Source of the DNA: Oikopleura dioica
Lineage: Eukaryota > Animalia > Chordata
DNA: 64,000 nucleotides
Assembly (NCBI GenBank): GCA_907165135.1
Contig: OU015569.1
Coordinates: 12,152,001 to 12,216,000, forward strand
Direction: 5' to 3'
In this document: in pieces, positions 33,101-45,379 of the stretch
Numbering within the stretch: the stretch's first letter is position 1
Layout: every line of letters starts with the position of its first letter
The notes under the pieces: model-generated
The model's input: the letters and a program-made list of their open reading frames with translations, nothing else
Database searches by the model: none
Told to the model about the DNA's origin: nothing
Made by a program: the position numbers and the translations under genes

Positions 33101-34990
33101 ACCACAAGGAGCTTGGTCCTCAATTTTAAATAGTTAAATATTTAAAATTGAGCTTCTTTCTTTTTCTAAAGCGAAACTTACGGGTTGGAGGCATCCAGCG
33201 TCGCGATGATGTTTTTCACTTTTGGGGTGTTGTTCTATTTATTGATGGTTGAAATGCTGAGATTGGACCTTTCTGACCTGGTCGAAGATCACGTGATCGC
33301 AAAGGGTCCAGTTTGACTGAAGACTAGCGATTTTTTCTTTGATGAAATCATCCGTCGCTTTTCGATCTTTTTTCGACGTTCAAAAAAATATTATGGCCTG
33401 GGCTCGGCAACCTGTGGACAAAACCTGAGTCAGGGTTTGAATGATCGTATTTCAGAGTCTGAACCCTGACTCAGGTTTTCTTCACAGGTTGAAAACCCAA
33501 AAACCTTCATTCTCAATTATGATGAGCAGTTTTTTTTTCTGAGCAGCTTTCCTGAGCGTTTGCAAAAAATCTCGACAAGATAGTCCGCCCAGAACTCTTT
33601 AATGTCAATTAAGTCGCACAACTGGCCGAGACATGGCTCGCATCTGTGGATCGGCTTCGGCCCCGCTCGTCTGTGAACTTTGTCGACAGAATCGGTCGCC
33701 CAGTTCTTCGCAATAAATCTCTGCATGTTGTTTTCTCCTCGACACATTTCTGCGACTTTTTCAATGAGTTAATCCTTTTCCTTTTGCTATCAAAACAATC
33801 AATTGCCAATTTTTGTTTTATTTCAATAAGGAAAAAAATGTTGATGAAAATGGCTTTCTGAGCTGAGCCAGCGGAGTTCTTGGCTCAGTTCAATTTTTGA
33901 CCTAGACTCAGCTAGCTCAGCTCAGCTCATTCAAGAAAAAAAGGCTCAGCTCAATTCTGGGCTTTAGAACCTGAGTCAGCGTCTTCAAAATTCTCAAATG
34001 AAAAGCTGCGTCAAAAACTGACTCATGCTTTTTACACAGGTTGCCAAGATCAGGCTCAGTTTCTACGACGGCTCAGCTCAGCAATTTTAAGGTTGAGCTC
34101 AGCTCAGCTCAGCTCAGCCAGCAAACTCATCTCGGCTTGACTCTTTCTGCTCAGCCAGCCAGCCAGCCAGCCAGCCAGCTCAGCTACGCTCAGCCAGCCA
34201 GCTCAGCTCGGCTTGACTCATCTCTGCTCAGCTCAGCCAGCCAGCTCAGCTCGGCTTGGCTCATCTCTGCTCAGCTCAGCCAGGCAGCTCAGCTCAGCCA
34301 GCCAGCTCAGCTAAGCTCAGCCAGCCAGCCAGCTCAGCTCAGCTCAGCTCAGCTCATCTCTGCTCAGCTCAGCCAGCTCAGCTCGGCTTGCCTCATCTCT
34401 GCTCAGCTCAGCCAGCCAGCTCAGCTCAGCTCAGCTCAGTTCAGCTCAGCTCAGCTCAGCTCAGCTCGGCTTGGCTCATCTCTGCCGATCTCAGCTCAGC
34501 TCAGCTACAGGTTGCTCTGCTCAGCTCATCTTATATTCTAAAAACTGAGTATTTTAATAGTACTATTCTGAGAAAATAGAAATGTATCGTAGCATGTATG
34601 CTGAATGTTCGCGCATTGAACTGGGCCGAAATGCAAGATTGATAAACGCTGTGAATTTTAATTTCAATTTTCACCTTCCATTTATCATTCAGGACTTGAA
34701 GGACAAAAGCAAGCGGAAAGACCACTTCCCTAAAAATAAAACAAAAAGAAAAAAAAAACGGAAAATTGAAAAATCCAATTTTTTATAAGAAAAAAGAGAC
34801 TTCCACCCTGTTTTCTTCAAAAAGACGAAGAAAATTCTTGAAGAGAGAGATAAGAACTTGTAAGTAAAGAAGAAAAAAGTGCAGTAGCTGGAAGAGATAA
34901 TAAACTCCTCTGTGGGACGGATTTTGGGCCTAAAATAAGACGATGCTCTGAGTACGGGCGAAATTCCGCTGCTCCGGAAAGCACAGCTTG
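30147..34990 (-). CDS. Glutaminyl-peptide cyclotransferase-like (M28 fold) protein with degenerate active site
   Basis: Colinear matches to QPCT as I recall it: DIKEFWADYLVEIFCKR, FIKEKIASLQSNWTL, KNIIATLD, LVVVRNYQ, LEVIFTDS...GSEQF, LLDLNVLG, VEKRL, and LDQDVCNNILRILAVFLGDYL*. 5' end uncertain. Confidence 0.75.
32422..32479. mobile_element. 58-bp TTAA-flanked palindromic mini-element (Kolobok-like ends)
   Basis: ttaa gggtactaccgtcgatttccc ... gggaaatcgaaggtagtaccc ttaa. Confidence 0.7.
32519..32718. mobile_element. Foldback MITE (related fragment at ~30560-30650)
   Basis: ccaataagattgctgtattt..ccaatcaaaaccc / gggttttgattgg..aaatacagcaatcttattgg. Confidence 0.75.
33860..34530. repeat. Expanded (CTCAG/GCCA)n array in an intron of the QPCT-like gene
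   Basis: Hundreds of bp of gctca/gcca tandem units. Confidence 0.9.
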
Positions 34991-35686
34991 TTAGCTTTTT
35001 TTTCTGACCGGGGAAAATTGCGATTATCTGGGAAGCCAAGAGTTAAATTTTTTTTTTCTTGAGACCGAGGCTAAATTTTGCTTTGAAAATATTTTTGAAC
35101 TGACTCAGCTGTGGACAAATTGAGCTAAGTTTTTTTTTATTTCGCAAACAAACTGAGCTGGGCTAAGCTAGCTGAGCCAGCTCAAACAAATATCGAACTA
35201 AGCTCAACTAGAGCCCCCTGGTCTCGACAACCTGAGTAGAAATCCTGAGTCAGGATCTGAAGTTCTTCTTTTCATTTCAGCGCCTTCAGACCCTGACTCA
35301 GGTTTTCTACTCAGGTTGCCGAGCCCAGTTCTCCCGATAACCTGAGTAGAAAATATGAGTCAGGATCTGAAGATCTAAAGCCGCGTTGGTTCTTTCAGAC
35401 CCTGACTCAGGTTTTCTACTCAGGATGCCATCTGTTGATTATTTCTTTTGCTCCAGTAGCTGCGCCTTTTTTTCAATGCAAGCGTGGTTCAATCGAATCG
35501 GGGATCTTGCTTATTTTTAAAATTCTTGATTATTGAATATTTTGCATAATGAATCTGGCTGCTCGGGGCAGGGTAATTGAGTGATTCCATTTTCAGCCGT
35601 CTGAAAAGTGACTTCTCAACTCCACAAATTGGCCGCTTAACCGAATCGCCAAAAGCGAAAAAGAAAGAAAGCAAAAATTAGAGAAA

Positions 35687-38600
35687 ATGCTCGACCTTCT
35701 CATTTTCGTCGCGCTGGAGGCCCCAAACGTCCAGAACTTTGAAAACAAAATGATAGGCCAGTTTTCTACAATTATTTTAATTTTCATAAGAGAATTCGAA
35801 AAAGGATTCGAAGAGGCTAGCGGCTTTCTTGCTAGGCTCAGCAACCTGTGTAGAAAACCTGAGTCAGGTTTTGAAAGAGCTTAAATCAAAAGCCGCAGAG
35901 CGGCTTTTCGAAAAACGAAGCGACAAAGCAATTTTTTCAAAAAACTATTTGCGGCTTTGCTTTTCAAAAAAGCCGCCACGCGGCTAGTTATTTTAACTCT
36001 TTCAAAACCTGACTCAGGTTTTTACTCAGTTGCGTAGGAAAACCTGATCTAGGAAAACCTGAGTCAGGTTATGATAGAGCTTAAATCGAAAGCCGCAGGG
36101 CGGCTTTTCAAAAAACGAAGCCGCAAAAAAAAAAATTAAAAATGATATTTGCGGCTTGTTTTTTCAAAAAGCAGCTGCGCGGCTATATTTAAGCTCTCTC
36201 AGAGACCTGACACAGGCTTTCTACACAGGTTGCTGAGCCTGTAAAATAACTAGCTATCTGGTTTGTTACTTTTTCATAAATTATAAAACGCGCTTTGAAG
36301 AAAAAGTATTGCGGCCGCCTCGGCGAATAAACGAGAGAAATTACTGTAAGTGACAGTACAAAACAGTAGAAAACTGGAAAAAGACTCGAATCTGACGCTG
36401 ACTCTGGCTCTTGGCGGCGCGTGCTTTGTCGTCGTTGTTGTTATCATAGGAAATGGTTGAGCCAGCGGAACTCCCAAAATTAACATAGTGACACCCTTAA
36501 TTTATTTTAATTTCAGAAAATTGCTTTTTCAATCAAATTTTCTTCTGAAATAAGATTTTAGACGCCCTTTTTGATCTATCGCGAATCGACCCTTGATTGC
36601 TTCTTTAGTCGTTATCTTAGTGATACCCTTATTTGAAAGACCGCGGAAAGTTAAAGTGATCAGACCCGAAAGTCGTCCTCGGGGCCCGTTAATTTGCAAG
36701 TATTTAAAAATGCATAATTCCATTATATTTTGTCGATGGCGGCGACTTATCTCGCTCAGCAGAGCTAATTTGGCCAAACAAGCTCAGAGAAATGGATTCT
36801 GCCAACCTGCTGACAAAGTGGTTAGAACTAAATCTTAATTAATAAGGCACAGTTACGGTAATGCTCTCCCAGTTCTTTTGCGTTCGCTTTTCGGCTTCTC
36901 AGTGGAAAAAAATGAGAGATAAATTGACATTTTAGCGCGTCAAAAATTGTTAATTTTTAATGTCTCCTCGTTCAGTATAGCAGTATGGAGCGATATGGAG
37001 CAAAAATGACCAATTTTTCGGCGAAAAAATCAACAAAATCGTAAACCTCTTACTAATATTAGCCATCAAGAATTATGATTTTTATTTTGATTCTTCGCTC
37101 AAATATAACATAGTGACACCCTTATTTATTTGTTCCTCTGAAAGCTGAAATTTCAAATTTGTAAGATTTTTTTTTGACTTCGATTCCAGTTCTGATGCCA
37201 AAAATAAGGGTATTCCTATGAAAAATCTCGATATCGACCTGTACACCCTTAATATCTAGAAAATAATTCAGGCTGAAATAACAATAGATAAAAGTAGCAC
37301 AGTTGAACCTTGTTCTGGTCTCGACAACCTGTGTAGCAAACCTGAGTCAGGATCTGGAAGATCTCCAATCGGCTTTTCATTGGATATCTTCCAGATCCTG
37401 ACTCAGGTTTTCTACACAGGTTGCCGAGCCCAGACCTTGTCAGGGAAAAGCACTAAAAACCTGGGCGGAGTACGGCAAACCAGGCTCAGCGCTTCTTTCT
37501 CAAACTTCGAATTTCGCCAATTCCGGGATGAAATTTCCACTTTTGCGGCGAAACTCAGGTAACCAAACTTTCAACAAGCGCTGGTTCAAAATCAATTCTA
37601 GCTGCAGCTTCGGTCTCGAGCAAGGAAGAAAACCGCAAGTTCCTGGAAGAGACGTTTGATATCCAGCAAGAAGAGGACGATCTGGAACAAGGAGCAGCAG
37701 TGGCGCAATTTGATAAAAGGAAAATTTGAGAGATTATTTTGTAATTCTTAAATTCTGTACAAGCTTTGATTTGGGGCTAAGATGAGATAACGCTATTCGA
37801 AAATTTTGTAGCTTACGTTGAAAATCAATTCGGCGGCAACGTGAATTTTTGCGATTTTTTGAAAAAAAGTTGTTAAAATTTCGACAAAATTTGCGAGGCG
37901 AAGCGACATATTGAAAGCGACAAATTGAAGTTTCGTCGCAAATTTTGGCGACCAATTTCAACCAATCAAAAGACGGTATTTGGGTATACCAGCCGGCAGG
38001 CAGCCAATCAGATGTCGACAAAAAAAACTACAGTTTTTTGTCGCCAAAAAATTAGCGACATAAATTTTCACGAATTTTTTTGTCGCAATTTTTTGTCGCA
38101 GTTTTTTTCGCTTTTTACCGCTTCTTTTTTATCAAATTTTTTATTTTTAAAATTTCCACGCAAAATTTGTCGCGATATTTTTCGCTTCTCGTCGCTTTTG
38201 CCAGTTAAATGCAGCGAAATATACAAATAATCAAATTTGAAACAGACCGTCGTCTGCGTGCTCGGAGCAAGAATGCGATTACGAGTCCGACGGCGACCAC
38301 GAACATCTGATCGCTCACATCGCGCGCAACAGGTGAACAGAAATAAAAACGCAGCGCTTTTAACGGAGATAAATAGTCGCATCTCCCAAGAGGCGCATTT
38401 TCGCAGAGGATTTTTTTCTTCACTTTTCAGTCGTTTTCTTCTTTCTTTGAAAAAGAATGTCGGCTTTTTTCGGAATTCATTCGCCCTCCGAAAGAGCCAA
38501 TTTTACGAAATGGTTCAGTACGACGCTGCAGAGATTTTCAACACTCGCCGCAGAAAAACCGACCGCTCGATTGAGCATTTCGCCGCGAAATGAAAGGTTT

Positions 38601-41600
38601 GTTTTTTCTTGTTGTTTTTTGAATTGAGGGGAAAATGAGCGCTAGAATGCTTTAAAAACACAAAAGGTTATTTTTTTAAAGATTGTTTTTCAACAACGTA
38701 TGATCGGCAACCTGTGTAGAAAACCTGAGTCAGGGTCCTGAAAGAGCTTCAAGAAATAACGCGGCTTTTATTGAAGCTCTTTCCCCTGACTCAGGTTGCC
38801 GAGTCTTGATTAAGTATTCTCAATACTTTTTGGTATTTTCACATAATTAAGGGTGTAGTCCTGGTTATTTCAAATTTGAAATTGGAGAGGAAAGAAAAGA
38901 TAAATAAGGGTTTCATCGCACAAAAATTGTCAGGATTCCTGACTCAGGAAAGAAAATGAAATCAATACAGTATTGAGTCAGGAATCCTGACATTTTTTGT
39001 GTAATGAAACCCTTATTTATCTTAAATTTCGTCCCCAATCGTAAATTGGAACTAACGACGAGTACACCCTTAATTTTGTGAAAATACCTTGTAAATTCAT
39101 TTTTTATCCAAACATCTACTGTTTTCTGCCGAGGTTTTGGGAACAGTAATTAAGGCAGGAAAAATGCATATTTCTGTACTTAAGAGGCCGCCAGTGGTAA
39201 ACTTCTTGGCGTCAATAATTGTCAATAATTCAAATGCGCTCTCTTCTCATTTGTGCAGCCCTTTCTATCTCTCCACATTGCTACATGTTGAAATCGATTT
39301 TTATCACGAAAACAATTTATTACTATTTCTGAATTAACTCTTCTTCAGAAAACACTCCCAAAAGAACAAAACAGAGGAGGAACAAGAGGAAGAAGAAGAA
39401 GCTTCCGAAGACGAGCAAAGTCTTCTCAAATCGACAAATAATCAAAATCAAGTACTTTTTATTTTTTTATAAATTAGAGGATTGAGAGAAGAGACATCAA
39501 TAATCGTCTCTTTTCTGAGTGACACCCTTATTTTATTTCACCAATCGAAAGTCAAAAGCTTACTGGAGTTTCTCTGAACGCTAGAATTTCAAATTTTAAC
39601 AGTTTTCTTCAGAAAAATTTCCCCAAAATCTGCCAATTTAGCAGATTCTAGCGCCAATTTTATAGAAAAACGTCCCGATTTCTTCACTGATTCATATTTT
39701 TTCTCAAGAGAAAAGAAAATGCTTTGTTTGAGCGAGAAAAATAAGGGATGGTGTCTGGAACCGACAAAAAATTTCGACAAATTTTGCGTGGGCGGCTACT
39801 CGGTTGCTGATTGGCCGGTTTGCCGAATCCAGGCTTCTGATTAGTTGAAAATTTCCACGTAAAATTTGTCGAAATATTTTTGTCGGTTCCAGTCACCTCC
39901 CCAAAAATAAGGGTGTCATTATGCTATTTTCATCATTTATATGCGGAATATAATATAATATAATATAATATAATATAATATAATATAATATAATATAATA
40001 TAACATAATATAATATAATATAATATAATATAATAGTGAAAATCGTATTTTCAATTGTTCTATTTATTGATTACAATCAACCTTTTTTATCAGGGAGTGA
40101 AGGAAGGACACGAGGGAGCCCGGAAAGAAGAGAATGTTCAAGAGCTAGGTATGAGAAGCAAAACGGGCTTGGTGCCAGATTTCTAAATTTTTTATCAGAA
40201 AGATCGCTCGAAGAAGATGTGCCAGAGCCGAACCCGGACTACCAGCCGGCCTACGATACAATAGGTACTTTTTGCTTTTTGAAAACAGTAATCAAACTCG
40301 CCAAAGAGAAGCCTTGGCCTTGGAATATTTCGGAGAATCAAGCAGAAAGCGGGGAAAAAAACGAAGTCAAGAGCAAAAACGACGTTTCTTCGGCGACCCT
40401 GCCAATGTCGAAGGAACCTGCCAACGCGACGCCTAAAAAGACATCAAGGAAAGAAGCGACAAATTCAAGCTTGAAATTTCGCAAAAGAGAATTAAAAAAT
40501 GAAGCTTGAAAAAAGGTTCAAAATCTGATTTCGCACTGCGGCTCGATCGACATTGGACTTGAATACAATCCGAGCAACAGGAGAATTACTGTCACGATTC
40601 TAGAGTGCAATGACTTGCCAAATCAAGACAGAGGAGTCGCGCCAATTATACAGGTCAGTTTCTCCTTTTCAAAAAATCGTTTGATTTAAACTTCAAGTCC
40701 TAACCCTAACCTTACTCTAACCCTAACCCTACCTTCAGGTCCGAATCGAAATGTTTCCCAGCAAAAGAAAGTACAAAACAAAAGTTCAACACGTGGACAA
40801 TCCAAAATTCAACGAATGCTTCAAAGTCTCCAGAATCCCGCCTGAGGATGTCGAACAAATGGGTTGCCGAATTAGGTAGGAAATATTCTTAAAATATATT
40901 TTCAACCCTTTTTTCTTCAGACTTTACGGAATTGGCAAAGTCCGAGATCGACTGGTTGGCGAAGCGTTGTTGCACTTTTCCGATGTGAATTTGCTTCAAC
41001 AAAAACAACTGACTGGTTTGTCCTTAAAAAATTGAGAGATGCCAAGAAGTGGCTAAGTCGAGTTCTGAAGAGCCCTAATGAAAAGCCGCGGAGAATTTAA
41101 AAAAGACTTTGCGACTTTTCATTTAAGCTCTTCAGAACCTGACTCAGGCTCTCTCCATAGGTTGCCGAGCCAAATATTCTCTTTTCAGTGACTTTGGAAA
41201 TGGAACCACGAGCTTCGGTAAACAGAAATGTCCTCGGCGGAGACGGAACCGCAGCTGGAAATACGACGGATTCTGGCTCAAGTTTGGCCAGTTTTACGTG
41301 GGTTTTATTTTTTAGCGGGTTTTTGTAATTTTGATTAGGCACGGGAGCCAGGCGGAACTGTTGTTTGGACTTTCTTATTCGCCACTTACAGGTTTGCTTG
41401 TACCATTGAGCAGTTATTGGATGAATTAAGGGCGTCTCTCGGTTGAGTTGTTGAAAGGATCGCACTTCCGAAACTTGACTTCTCAAAAAGCGCCGGATAC
41501 ATTTGTTACCCTCACACTTCTCGACGGAAACTGCAAGGTACGATCACTGTAACAACAATCGGCTACGTTTTTCCAGGAAGTAACGCGTTCGAAATCGACG

Positions 41601-41897
41601 ATTCGAAAAGCACAGCCCAATCCCGTTTACAAAGAGTCCTTCTTTTTCCAAGTGGCGCTTTCGCAGCTCTCTCAAATTACAGTCCTGATTTCCGTCTTTT
41701 CGAGAAAAGGTAGGTCTCTTTATTGAAAATGGATATTTACGATAATCGAAGGAATGGCGGGAAGAAAGAAGGAAATGATCGGATGGATCAGCTTAGGCGC
41801 CAATTCTAGCGCGCAGGACGAAGCCGACCACTGGGAAGAAATGCGACGCTCGCTCAACACTCAAGTCTGTCGATGGCACACTTTGATTGAAAGCTAG
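35687..41897 (+). CDS. SYT14: Synaptotagmin-14/16-like (N-terminal TM plus tandem C2 domains)
   Basis: C2A CGSIDIGLEY...RLYGIGKVRDRLVGE. C2B HGSQAELLFGLSY..GRLSVELLKGSHFRNL...QPNPVYKESFFFQVAL...KEMIGWISLGANSS...VCRWHTLIES*. TM LALGGACFVVVVVII near 36400. Start uncertain. Confidence 0.85.
39948..40035. repeat. (ATAAT)n microsatellite
   Basis: About 17 near-perfect pentamers. Confidence 0.95.
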
Positions 41898-42076
41898 AAC
41901 CGAAAATAAAAACAAATGACCCTTCGCTAACTTTGAATATTGAAAGCAAATAGAAATAAGAACATTTTTAAAATTACAAACAAATATATATTTATGGCAG
42001 ATAATACATTCAAAGCGATATGAACACTATCTTTCGATTGTACAGGGGTAACATAAGATGCTTTCTGATTTTTTGT

Positions 42077-45020
42077 CTAGCAATCGGGATCATCATCTTC
42101 GCAATCAGCTGCTGCGATTTGCCGGAGATTGTGCTCAAAAACAATGGCACTCATTCTGTAGTTATTGGTGACCATTGATCCTAAATCAGACCACACGCCG
42201 TCGTAATACATGAAGATCTTGTCATTGATGACTGAGTTGAAAGTACCGGTAGTTAATCCGTCAACATCTCCGCCGAAAGAAAACACTCGATCTCCGCCGA
42301 TTGTGGCGGAGGTCATGCCCTTCACTCCGACGATCAAGTCTGTTGTCGGGACGAAGCCGGTTTCGGAAGTGAATATCTCTGCAGACTTTGTGTAACTGTA
42401 ACCCCCAAAAGCAAGAAGACCGTCACGATAGCTTGCAATAGACGCATCTCTGCGGTTGGTAATACTTTTGTAAAGGGATGTTTCAACCTCGCTTCCATCG
42501 AATGTATCGCAGCGTCTGAAATTTGATAATTTTGAAAATTTCCCATTTTGGGAGTTCGAGAAGCAAATGTAAGCTCTTTCATCTCCATCTGCGTGGACAA
42601 GAGTTCGAACTTCCGGACCGTAGACTGCGCGTTGTGTCTTAAAGATAGTTAAATTTAAGTGAAGCCATAAATTTCCAATCAATACCTTGAGTTTAATCGG
42701 CAGTTCTTCCATCTCGCATCCATTTACGGAATAGATTGCATAGGGAGCCTTGTAACCTCCGAAAACGTAATATTGTCCATTGACCTTTCCAAGTTGCGCA
42801 GCATAGAGACGACCCATGTTTCCATCGTCCACTGGTGGCGGCGTACGGAAGTCGAGATGCACTTGAGTTCCATCGCTAAAATCATGTTTAGACTCATTCT
42901 TTTTAGATTAAACGCGAAATTTGGACTATATCTGTACCTGAAAAAAGTAGTAGCAATTCGTTCAAGCCATCCACCTTCGAGTCCATATGTATCATCGATT
43001 TGGGTGAAGGCGCCAGCAGAGTCGCTTGTTGTCTCAATGAGTCCACATTCGTCGGCCATGCTGAACGGAAAGAGAAGAGGTCGGGTCATATCTCTGGTGT
43101 CTCCGACGTCTCCAACGACTCGTCCTTTGCTCAGGCTCTCTCCGTCCCAGTCAAATCGTTGGATGTGGCCGCTCACTTCTCCGGAAGAGACGATTATGCT
43201 TGCAACATTTCCATGCGGCGTCGACGGAAACTTTTTGAAGGAAAAATTTTTGACGCGGTATTCTTGAGCTGCATTGTACCACGGATCGCCCACCCAGACG
43301 TTAAGAGATCGATCGATCTCAATATCGGCGGTGTTTTGATCGAATTCGGCAATGAGGACGCCGTCTTTGAAGAGTTTAGATGTTGTCTTCGTGCTATCAG
43401 TTTCGTGGGGACTTTGAGAGTATTTGAAGGTTGACCATCGTTGCATTTCAGAGTTGTCAATATCGCTTACCTAAATATCATATTTAAAATATGTTAAGTT
43501 CATTTTTTAAGTATCAAAACAAGATCATGTCTGAATTATTCGTATATTCCTACCATTTGCTTTGCGTAGAAGGTGGGGAGAATTGAAAGCGATTGCACTG
43601 CGTTCATCTGAATCTGATATTGCTTGCTCTTGCCTCTATTCAGCCACATTCCAAAGAACCGATCGCCAAATTCGCCCTCACGACCTCCCGTTCCCATTCG
43701 GAAGATTTGAAAGTATTGACCGTTGACAGCGGTGGCGTAGGGGAACCAAACGTCGACGGTCACTTCGAAGTTGATCGTTGGCTCTTCAACCGTGGCAATG
43801 AGATTGTCCTTGCTTGGGACAATTGGACAGCTATCGACGAATGTTTGGCAGTTGTCGAATCCGTCGCATGGGTCGTAGCATTGAGGACGCGCGGGCATCA
43901 CATGCCTCGGGCACGAATTCCAGACATGAATGGTTTCGTCGAATCTGCATGAAAAATCGACGGGGTCAGGGAATCCGCAAGGAACATCGTTCCATAAGAG
44001 ATCGCTGTTGCTGGCAGTTGCGACGCAGTTTTCATCTCCGCCGGCGTTATTGGGCTCACCTTTACGCCACTTGAAGAAAGTAGCCTCTTCGCCGGTTCTG
44101 GTCATCCACCCGCTGGCAAGTTTGCTGTCTCGTACGAGACCGATCATTTGCCTGGTTGAAACTTGCGAGTTGAATTCGTCCAGCTCCTTTTTGTCGTTGA
44201 AAAATGGAAGACTGCCGCCTGCCAAGTTGCAGTAGGCCTGAGCGTCCACGAACTCGGTCTCGCCGTAAGGAGCTTTTTTGAAGGTAAGGCACGTTTTCTC
44301 GTAGAGTTGGCCACTCTCGCAAGCTGCGTGGTACTTGTTGTTGCAATCTGTTGGGCCCTCGTTCGTACCGGCCATGCTTCCGGTTCCATTATTGATGAGT
44401 TTGTGCCACGAGTTCTGGTACCAGCACTCGCCTTCATTTGCTTTCCATGAGTCGAACCAGACGAATTTGTTGGTGAACTCGCTTCTCTTGATGCCCCATT
44501 GCTGGCCAGAGTTCTTCGGGTTGGCGAGCCACATGTCATTGGTAAAACAGTAGGCTCGAGCTTGATCGAAAGTCATCACGTCTTCGGAGAGGTGAAAGGC
44601 TACGTCTTGGTCGCGGTTGATTTTTCGCTTGGCGATCTTGAAGATGTCACTCAGAGCTTCCACTATCGAGTCGAATGTCGCTAGATCCTCGATGCAAGCG
44701 TATGACTGAATCCAACGATCAATAAGATCGGTGAAAACCGCGATGTTCGTGGCTGGACTCGCTCTTCTATCAAAAGAGCCTTCGTCAAAAGTGACCGGTT
44801 CATAGGTCGGGCTCGTGACGACGGAGTCACACTCGCCGCTGCTTTGATAGAAGTTGACGACCTCCCGGACACGATCGTATTTTTTGCTGAACTTTTGAGC
44901 CCCTTTCTTGTAAATTGTATCGCGAATTTGATGCGCGAAAATATCAGTCTCTCTCCAAAAGTCGAGGAAGTCGGCTTCGCCTGAGCCGACAAAAATTGCT
45001 AAAAGCGGTGAGGTTCTCAT
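42077..45020 (-). CDS. Secreted protein: two C-type lectin domains, ConA/LamG-like domain, Kelch-like propeller
   Basis: Signal peptide. CTLD2 has EPN and WND. ConA-like FEVTVDV..QIFRMG..LFKDG..VWVGDPWY segment. Repeated YVFGG / LAFGG / FSFGG Kelch motifs. Confidence 0.8.
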
Positions 45021-45379
45021 TTTCTCTCTTTTTTTCTAGTTCTCTGGCATTCAGTTCGCTAGAATGAGTACATTTTTCGTTTAGACGCTTCGTTAAATAG
45101 GGCGTTTGGCGCTTGTTGGTGATGTCATGTTTTTATCAAATTAATCAAGGCGGAGTTTTAATTCAAAACTTCCAACTTCCCAAAACAAGCTGGAATTATG
45201 GGCAAGACACGATGTCAAAATAATCCTCGCCACAATAGACGGTTCCATTCCTAGCCACCGTAATTAATTTGTTAGAAGGCCTGGCACAAAAATTTATTTT
45301 CGGAAAGATTAGAAGCAAAATCGTAAGAATCTGATGCAAAGAAATTTATTGAAAGAAAGTTGGATTGGGAGACGATGTC

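Noticed and set aside
34041-34579. SAQL-repeat ORFs
   Set aside because: Translation artefact of the CTCAG array.
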